Source of the DNA: Octopus vulgaris
Taxonomy: Eukaryota
NCBI GenBank assembly: GCA_951406725.2
Contig: OX597837.1
Location: forward strand, 39,804,001-39,868,000
Length of the DNA stretch: 64,000 bases
Reading direction: 5' to 3'
Shown here: positions 55,921 to 64,000 of the stretch, piece after piece
Position numbering within the stretch: the first letter of the stretch is position 1
How the letters are laid out: every line of letters starts with the position of its first letter
The notes under the pieces: generated by a model
Told to the model about the DNA's origin: nothing
The model's input: only the letters and a program-made list of their open reading frames with translations
Databases searched by the model: none
Made by a program: the position numbers and the translations under genes

Positions 55921-56937
55921 GTGTTTGTGTCCGTTCCCCAGCCACTGCTTGACCTCTGGTGGTGATTAGTTTACTTCCCCATGAATTAGTGGTTTAGGAA
56001 AAGAGAATGATAAAATAAGTACAGGACTTTTAAAAAAATAGAAAATGTAATTCTTGGGGGCAATCTATCCGACTAAAGCATGGCCAGAGTTCGAGACCGG
56101 AAGGAAGTAAAAAAAGAGGTAAAAGAAATGAAAGAAAATACTTATATACATATATATTCTTTTTATTTGTTTTAGTCATGGACTGCGGCCACGCTGGAGC
56201 ACCGCCTTTAGTCGAACACTTCGATCCCAGGACTTATTCTTTGTAAGCTTAGTACTTTTTCGGGGACGTAAACATACCAGCATCGATTATCAAGCGATGG
56301 TGGTGGTGGTGGTGGTGGAGGGGGGACAAACACAGTCACACAAACACACGCACACGCACGTATACCACTCACAAGACTTCGGTCGGCCCGAGGCTATAGC
56401 AGAAGAAACTGAACCCGGAATCATGTGGTTGGTAAGCCAGCTACTTACCACACTGCCGTTTCCTGCGCCTATATATGTAATTTTAAAATTCAAATTTACT
56501 CTTAATGAAGTCATAGGAAGCTGAAATATTAAATTGGTTTGCTCAGCGCCCAGAGTAAAAGATTTCACAGATGATTAACTTCTTTGGCAGACAAATTGAT
56601 TTATTTAACTTTTACAAACTTCCTGCAGAAGAATTAGTCTTTTTGAAGCAGTTTGTTTAGATGCAAAGAATTTTGTTTTAGTTTAACTTGAAAAAGTAAA
56701 AGAATGTAAAAAAAAAAGTCTTAGTTACTTGGAAAATGAAGAATTTACTTGTAGTTTGCGCGGTTGTGGGGTTACGGAACTCGGTTTGTAGCCATGATTC
56801 TTTTCAGGGTCAAATCCATTGCACGGCAGCACCTTGGACAAGTGTCTTCTACTATAGACCCAGGAGGACCAATGCGTTGGGATTGAATTTGGTGGGTGGA
56901 GGGTGTGTAGAAGCGACATACATATATGCATACATAC

Positions 56938-57003
<66 letters not shown>

Positions 57004-57107
57004 TGGTAAAAACGGTAAGATAACAAAAGAAAGAAAGAGACCTCAATATTATGTAAATAGAGGAATTTATTTGTAATTATAATATGTGACAATTAATCGG
57101 ATGCCAT

Positions 57108-57168
57108 AATAAAACTCAGAGTTTCGGATGTCGGGGCGGAAAGCTGCCCCGGCATCTCTTCAGTAATC
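57108..57168 (-). ncRNA. Type I hammerhead ribozyme motif
   Basis: On -: GATTA-CTGAAGA-GATGCCGGGGC..GCCCCGACATC-C-GAAA-CTCTGAG-TT-TTATT; stem I is imperfect. Confidence 0.65.
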
Positions 57169-57174
57169 GAGGCA

Positions 57175-57235
57175 GATAACTGAAGAGATGCCGGTGCAGG
57201 TTTCCCTCCCGACATCCGAAACTCGGAGTCTTATT
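57175..57235 (+). ncRNA. Type I hammerhead ribozyme motif
   Basis: GATAA-CTGAAGA(57180-86)-GATGCCGG..CCGACATC-C-GAAA(57218-21)-CTCGGAG-TC-TTATT; canonical GUC at 57228-57230. Confidence 0.78.
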
Positions 57236-57267
57236 ATGGCAACCGATTAATTGTCACATATTATATT

Positions 57268-57298
<31 letters not shown>

Positions 57299-57494
57299 AA
57301 CTCATCTTATAATCATCTCATAATAATGACCTTTATGACTCGTATTACTACCTCAGTCAATCTAAATGTATATATTTGCCGTTACCTGTCATAAATAGCC
57401 TTTTTCTATTTGCAATATGCATTTTCGTTGATTTTTCATTTTTTACCCTTACATTTCCACGTGTATTTTATATTTTCTTTTCGTAACATATTTC

Positions 57495-57543
<49 letters not shown>

Positions 57544-57886
57544 TAATAATAAAATAGTTTCATTTGACTTACTAAATAAATTTGATAAATAAAATAATAT
57601 TCATTATAGTTTATAAATCGTATTCTTATTACAACAATGTTGTTTGTTACTTCTGAAAGTATTGATCAATTCTGGATACGCACCATATGTGGTCCCCCAT
57701 TTTATAAATAATAATATCAATTAGTTCATCGTGAACTGTGCTTGTTGATTGGTTGGTTTGTGTTGGTGATTTCTGTCGACTCACTAAGTCCTCCGTTCCA
57801 TGATGTGCAAATAACAATCATTTTTAAAGTAACTTCAGATCTGGTTAGCCCTAAAAAATTAGTAAATTTGATTTCCATTTCTGTAG

Positions 57887-57940
<54 letters not shown>

Positions 57941-57970
57941 CATGTATATATATATATGTATATATATATG

Positions 57971-58001
<31 letters not shown>

Positions 58002-58027
58002 GTATGTATGTATATATATGTGTGTTT

Positions 58028-58063
<36 letters not shown>

Positions 58064-58102
58064 AATGTATGTATATATATATATGTGTTTTATATATATA
58101 TA

Positions 58103-58385
58103 TGGAGACGCAATGGCCCAGTGGTTAGGGCAGCGGACTCACGGTCGTAGGTTCGCGGTTTCGATTCCCAGACCGGACATTGTGAGTGTTTATTGAGCGA
58201 AGACACCTAAAACTCCACGAGGCTCCGGCAGGGCGTGGTGGTGGACCCTGCTGTACGCTTTCACCACAACTTTCTCTCACTCTTTCTTCCTGTTTCTGTT
58301 GTACCTGTCACACCTTGCCCAGACTTGTGCCTCGGAGGGTAATTTCTAAGTGCAATCCCATGGTCATTCACGACCGAAGGGGGTC
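58103..58385 (+). mobile_element. SINE A, tail type 3
   Basis: Same head and body as other A copies; different tail ...GCAATCCCATGGTCATTCACGACCGAAGGGGGTC; TA tracts on both sides. Confidence 0.85.
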
Positions 58386-59037
58386 ACAAAAACAATATAT
58401 ATATATATATATATATATGCGGTATTTTGGTTATCGCATTTACAGTCTTAAGTCTATATTAGCTATAATTACGGAATTCTTCTTGCGATAGACTACGTAA
58501 ACAAAGAGAGAAATTTTCACTTGGCTTCTATTCACATCTACTTCGGAATTATAATAAAATACATAAATATAGAAATTTGAACTATAATTTTTTTATATCA
58601 ATTAATTTAAGTAGATAAAAGAGTTGTTGTACTGAAGATATAATTGTTTATATATTTTTTGATGCAGTTACACGTAGGAGAAGACTTAGATACTTAATTA
58701 AATACATTTACATACACACATAAATTATGATGTGACTATCGAGGTTGTAGAGACTATCTTGGACATCAAAGACTTTAATTGGTGTGTGTTTGAGATATAA
58801 TGAAGTGAATTTCGATGGTTCTGGATTGCACTTGATTGTATCGTCCGTTAAAGTGTTTTTTTGTTGTTTTTTAATTGTAATTGATGTAAGATTGAATAGA
58901 TAACGCTCACGCTCATAACACAGACATTTCAATTAATTTTTACAATCTAACCGTCCTTTCACACGGAATTTTGCCTTTCTGAACCAAGGACCCTGAAGTG
59001 ACCTTTATATAATGGAATTGTGATTATGTTTATCAGA

Positions 59038-59082
<45 letters not shown>

Positions 59083-59086
<4 letters not shown>

Positions 59087-59172
59087 TGGAATAGAACTCG
59101 GAATCTTGGTGGTTAAGAGCGCGGGCTACTAACCCCAAAGATTCCGAGTTCGATTCCTAGCAGTGACCTGAG

Positions 59173-59256
<84 letters not shown>

Positions 59257-59476
59257 GAAGAAGAAGAAGAAGAAGAAGAAGAAAAAGAAGAAGAAGAACA
59301 ACAACAACAATATCTAAAAATACCTTAGGAATGAGAACCCAGGTTCGAAATTTCCCCAGGACACCTGATGAAGGCTGGAGGGTGTATCAGCATCAAACAA
59401 GATGAGGACAAATATCCGTCAAATGTAAATAAAGTAAATAACATACGTAATTCCTCATTTCTTAAATATAGAACTG
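59083..59476 (+). mobile_element. tRNA-headed SINE-like element with 5' inversion and partial hammerhead
   Basis: 59083-59109 is an inverted copy of 59134-59162; tRNA-like head; (AAT)n/(AAG)n linker; ACAC-CTGATGA-A-GGCTG-loop-CAGC with the GAAA segment deleted. Confidence 0.7.
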
Positions 59477-59931
59477 TTTAATCTATTTTCCATTACACTC
59501 AAACAGATTGAGCGCTGAGTTCCTGAAGCAGAAATATCGTTATAGCAAATATTCTGCTTAATGCCACAGATTTGATTCTGGTTTTTGCTCACAAAGTGTT
59601 ATTTCCTCTTTGCTTCTATCTAGAAATCAAAGTAAATGACTAACATTCCCTTCAAGCTTTGCTTTTGGGACCTGAACATCAATGTTCAGAAACTGATCTA
59701 TTTTTCTTTACATTTCAGAGTTGCTGAAGCAGAAATATTGTTTTAACAACTATTCTGCTTCATACCATAGATTTGCTTGTAAGTTGATTGACCTTAACCA
59801 CTTGAGCATGTCCCTTAGTGACTGACACTATGTGCATCTCTGATCATGAGCAGGAATAGTTGGAGAGCATCATAACCATATCTTAGGTGGAATTCTTTGT
59901 AGTTGGAATAAATATCGTAAAAGCAAAATTT

Positions 59932-60681
59932 GACAGGCGGCGAGCTGGCAGAAACGTTAGCACGCCGGGCGAAATGCTTAGCGGTATTTCGTCTGCCGCT
60001 ACGTTCTGAGTTCAAATTTTCCCTATATTTATTCTAAGACCAGGCAGAGTCGTTACCGCGCCTAGCACAGTGCTTAGCGGTATTTCGTCTGCCGCTACGT
60101 TCTGAGTTCAAATTTTCCCTATATTTATTCTAAGACCAGGCAGAGTCGTTACCGCGCCTAGCACAATGCTTAGCGGTATTTCGTCTGCAGCTACGTTCTG
60201 AGTTCAAATTCTGCCGAGGTCGACTTTGCCTTTTATCCTTTCGGGGTCGATAAATAAAGTACCAGTTACGCAATGGGCTCGATATTATCGACTTAATCCG
60301 TTTGTCTGTCCTTGTTTATCCTCTATGTGTTTAGCCCCTTGTAGGTAGTAAAGAAATAGGTCTTTATGTTCTGAGTTCAAATTCCATCCAGATCCACTTT
60401 GCCTTTCATCCTTTCGGGGTCAATAAATTTAGTACCAGTTGCGTATTGAGGTCGATCCAATCGACTGGCCCCACCCCCAAAATTTCGGACCTTGTGCCTA
60501 GAATAGAGAAACATATTTAAGGTATTTCGTCTGCCGCTACGTTCAGAGTTCAAATCCGCCGAGGTCGACTTAATTTATCATCCTTTCCGAGTTGATAAAT
60601 TAAGTACAAGTTATGTAATGGGGCCTATCTAATCGACTAGCCCCTTCCCCCAAAATTTCGGCCTTGTGCCCAGAGCAGAAG
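59932..60681 (+). mobile_element. SINE B concatemer (~750 bp) with 12-bp TSD
   Basis: AAAGCAAAATTT at 59920-59931 and 60682-60693; five partial or complete units. Confidence 0.8.
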
Positions 60682-60853
60682 AAAGCAAAATTTTAAGGAA
60701 ATAACCATTTTTTTCATACTCCCTAGGGGTAAGCAAGCAAACAAGAAATAACAGCTTCTACCTAAGAAAAAACGCAAAACAAAACCGTGTTACACTAATG
60801 CATATAGAATTATATTTTTAATGTAATTTGTGGAAATATATAACATGTATATG

Positions 60854-61060
60854 TTTTACTCTTTTACTTGTTTCAGTCATTTGACTGCGGCCATGCTGGA
60901 GCACCACTTTTAGTCGAGCAAATCGACCCCGGGACTTATTCTTTGTAAGCCCAGTACTTATTCTATCGGTCTCTTTTTGCCGAACCGCTAAGTGACGGGG
61001 ACGTAAACACACCAGCATCGGTTGTCAAGCAATGCTAGGGGGACAAACACAGACACACAA

Positions 61061-61114
<54 letters not shown>

Positions 61115-61277
61115 GACAGGCTTCTCTTCAGTTTCCGTCTACCAAATCCACTCACAAGGCTTTGGTCGGCCCGGGGCTATATCAGAAGACACTTGCCCAA
61201 GATGCCACGCAGTGGGACTGAACCCGGAACCATGAGGTTGGTTAGCAAGCTACTTACCACACAGCCACTCCTGCTCC
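60854..61277 (-). mobile_element. SINE C, full length
   Basis: Matches the family consensus. Confidence 0.92.
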
Positions 61278-61545
61278 TATATAAATTATTTTGAATAATA
61301 TGCGAATTTAGATAAATTTTTACTTCTATTATTTATTGTATAGAGTAATTAATAGAAAAAAGATCATCTCGCATAATCTTATTGCCATAAAAATGCCATT
61401 TCAAAGAGGCTACAGACCACACTCTGTGTTCTCGTTGCTTGCATTTAATTCTGTGTTCTCGTTGCTTTCATTTAATTCATACTCTACGTATGAAGCAACG
61501 TCTAGTTATTTAGCATGGGACATTTTATTCATCAAGTATAGAATA

Positions 61546-61940
61546 CTAGCAGTATCGCCCGGCGTTGCTCGGGTTTGTAAGGGAAATAACTATATAAGCA
61601 TTTTTAGAGAGTTATAGCCAAAAAATAGCAAAAGAATGCATTAAAAATGGAAAAAATATGATGGTAAATTTTTTTTAAAATCGTTGACTCATCGTAGACA
61701 TTTTTAGAGAGTTACTTCCCTTTAAAAAAATATGCATGAAAATGGAAAAAAATGATGGTAAATTATTTTAAAAATCGTAGACTCATCGTAGACACGCGCT
61801 AATACCCAGAAGGGCTCGATATGAATCACGACTATAAGATACCCGGTTTTGGTTAAACTGCACCGCAAAATGTGGGAGTAGTTAGGAATCTAAATCGAAG
61901 GGGACAGACACTCACACAACTACAGTTTTATATATATAGA
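61546..61940 (-). mobile_element. Non-autonomous Helitron with internal duplication
   Basis: Same termini as 3654-4189; A/T insertion site. Confidence 0.88.
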
Positions 61941-62249
61941 TAATACTACGACAATATTCGCCATTAATTTAAGGAAAGCATGGCGGCGACCATAACTTGT
62001 TTAAAAATGTCTCACCCATAAACAAAAGTCTAAATTAGAATATAAATATTTTAGCTAAGTTATTTTTACAACTTCCCTACTTTAAACAATGTTGGCTATG
62101 GGAAAATGGTTACTTAAAGTATTCATTATTCGAAATTTGAATGAAAAGAGGAAAATTTGTGTCTACTTAACCGTCTGGGTTTAATCACGGATAAAGTTTT
62201 GTCGTATGTATGTGTGTTTGTGAGTGTGCATGTGTGCATGTGTGTGTGC

Positions 62250-62287
<38 letters not shown>

Positions 62288-63040
62288 GCATGTGTGCACG
62301 TGTGTGTGTGTGTGTTTAAATGCATTTAGCAAGAATCGCCAATTCTTCACTTTCATTTTGGTTGTCCATCAGAATATCCCCCACGGCAATTTGTATCAAT
62401 TTCGAAAGTAGAAACTCTGAACCATGCATCGCCTTCAGATCTTAAAGTTTCGTCTCTCGATTGCTTTATTAGATTCTCTAGATTCTGGCTCTTTTCTGAA
62501 CCGAATTTTTTTTTTGTTCTGTCTATTTTTAAGTCGGTAAAGAAGTTAAAGACTCGCCAGAGCGTGAACAAAATCGTAATGTTTAGACAAGACTCAAAGG
62601 TTTTGAATCTATGCCAAATTAAGCTAAACGCCACACAATATAATTTTACTGTCGGGGTAAGTTTTCAGACAGATAATACAATGATATTAAATAACAAAAG
62701 AATTGCTTATTTGTAAATAACAGATACAGAAAGAAAAATTAATTCGTTCAAATGATACAAAAAGATACTCAATAACAGAAACAAAAAAACCCTCAAAATA
62801 CCGGAAACAACGGAATTTTTCTATTTATTTTCGAGAATGAGAATAGACACATTTAAATACGAGATAATTTAATCGATAAATAAAACTGTGGCAGGAAATT
62901 TAGACGCGACAAACCGATAAACTAAGAGGGAACAGTTCCAAGAAAAGAAACCCAGAGTCTGGTTTCAGTCCAGGAGGAAGCAATTTTATTGTAGATTGTC
63001 TGATAATAACTCTTCAGAAATACAGAAGCCTAAGACGAAC

Positions 63041-63311
<271 letters not shown>

Positions 63312-63406
63312 AGTAAATCCAAACATGAACAAAGGGAAAACACAACAACGCGAGGATGTGGAACAAGTATAATGTTATTGGACTCTTAGGAAAGGAAAGA
63401 AGGACG

Positions 63407-63441
63407 ATTTAACGTTTCGAGCGGAGCTCTTCGTCAGAAAC
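63407..63441 (-). ncRNA. Minimal type I hammerhead ribozyme motif within a ~190-bp PLE-like fragment (63312-63501)
   Basis: On -: GTTT-CTGACGA-A-GAGC-TCC-GCTC-GAAA-CG-TT-AAAT; palindromic stem III ACGT. Confidence 0.78.
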
Positions 63442-63516
63442 ATAGAAGAAGGAAAGGTCCAAGGAAGGGAAGACGGAGAAAAAAGGAGAAAGAAAATCGC
63501 CATATATATATATATA

Positions 63517-63534
63517 TGAAAGAAGCCCTTCGTA

Positions 63535-63621
<87 letters not shown>

Positions 63622-63851
63622 ATATATTTGTGTGTCTGTGTTTGTCCCCCGCTACATCACTTGACAACCGATGCTGGTGTGTTTATGTGCCCGTAACTTA
63701 GCGGTTCGGCAAAAGTAACCAATAGAATAAGTACTATGCTTAAAAAGAATAAGTCGTGGGGTTGATTTGCTCGACTAAAAAGGCAGTGCTCCAGCATGGC
63801 CACAGTCACATGACTGACACAAGTAAAAGAGTAAAAGAGTAAAAGAGTAAA
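63517..63851 (+). mobile_element. SINE C 3' portion
   Basis: GAAAGAAGCCC, TA tract, 3' half and (AAAAGAGT)3 tail. Confidence 0.88.
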
Positions 63852-64000
63852 GATTATCTCAAGCAAATTTCTTAATCTGAAAGGAATTCGAGCCCAGATC
63901 ATCAAGGGAAATAACTCCATCTTGCAAACGATTGAAACCGGTATTTATCCCTTTCTCCCACACATCGCAACGTTCTCAACAACGTGAACAATTATATCAC

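Larger units (their letters stand above)
57001..57270. mobile_element. Inverted pair of PLE-like pLTRs, each with a hammerhead
   Basis: Arms ~57078-57164 / 57179-57265; microsatellites at both outer ends. Confidence 0.75.

Overview
AT-rich, repeat-saturated eukaryotic DNA with no recognisable intact host gene; it reads as an intron or intergenic stretch. The SINE families, microsatellite load and transposon mix point to an octopus or other coleoid cephalopod (recognised from memory, not searched). Almost all listed ORFs are translations of (TA)n, (TATC)n, (AAT)n or (AAG)n tracts, or of SINEs. Supported content: (1) dozens of copies of three main tRNA-headed SINE families (called A, B, C here) plus minor ones; (2) four non-autonomous Helitrons with TC...CTAG ends; (3) decayed DD37D (maT) and DD34E (Tc1) transposons and a Tigger-like MITE; (4) fragments of CR1/L2-, R4/Dong- and RTE-type LINEs. 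The most striking signal is about fifteen minimal type I hammerhead-ribozyme (HHR) motifs, intact, variant-core or half, in at least eight unrelated short sequence contexts. Their 3' tails usually run into (TA)n tracts, and they often form inverted, fold-back structures typical of Penelope-like element (PLE) pseudo-LTRs. One family joins a tRNA-derived Pol III head to the HHR-bearing tail. SINE B also occurs as concatemers enclosed by a single target-site duplication (TSD). All coordinates were read by eye and boundaries of decayed repeats are approximate.
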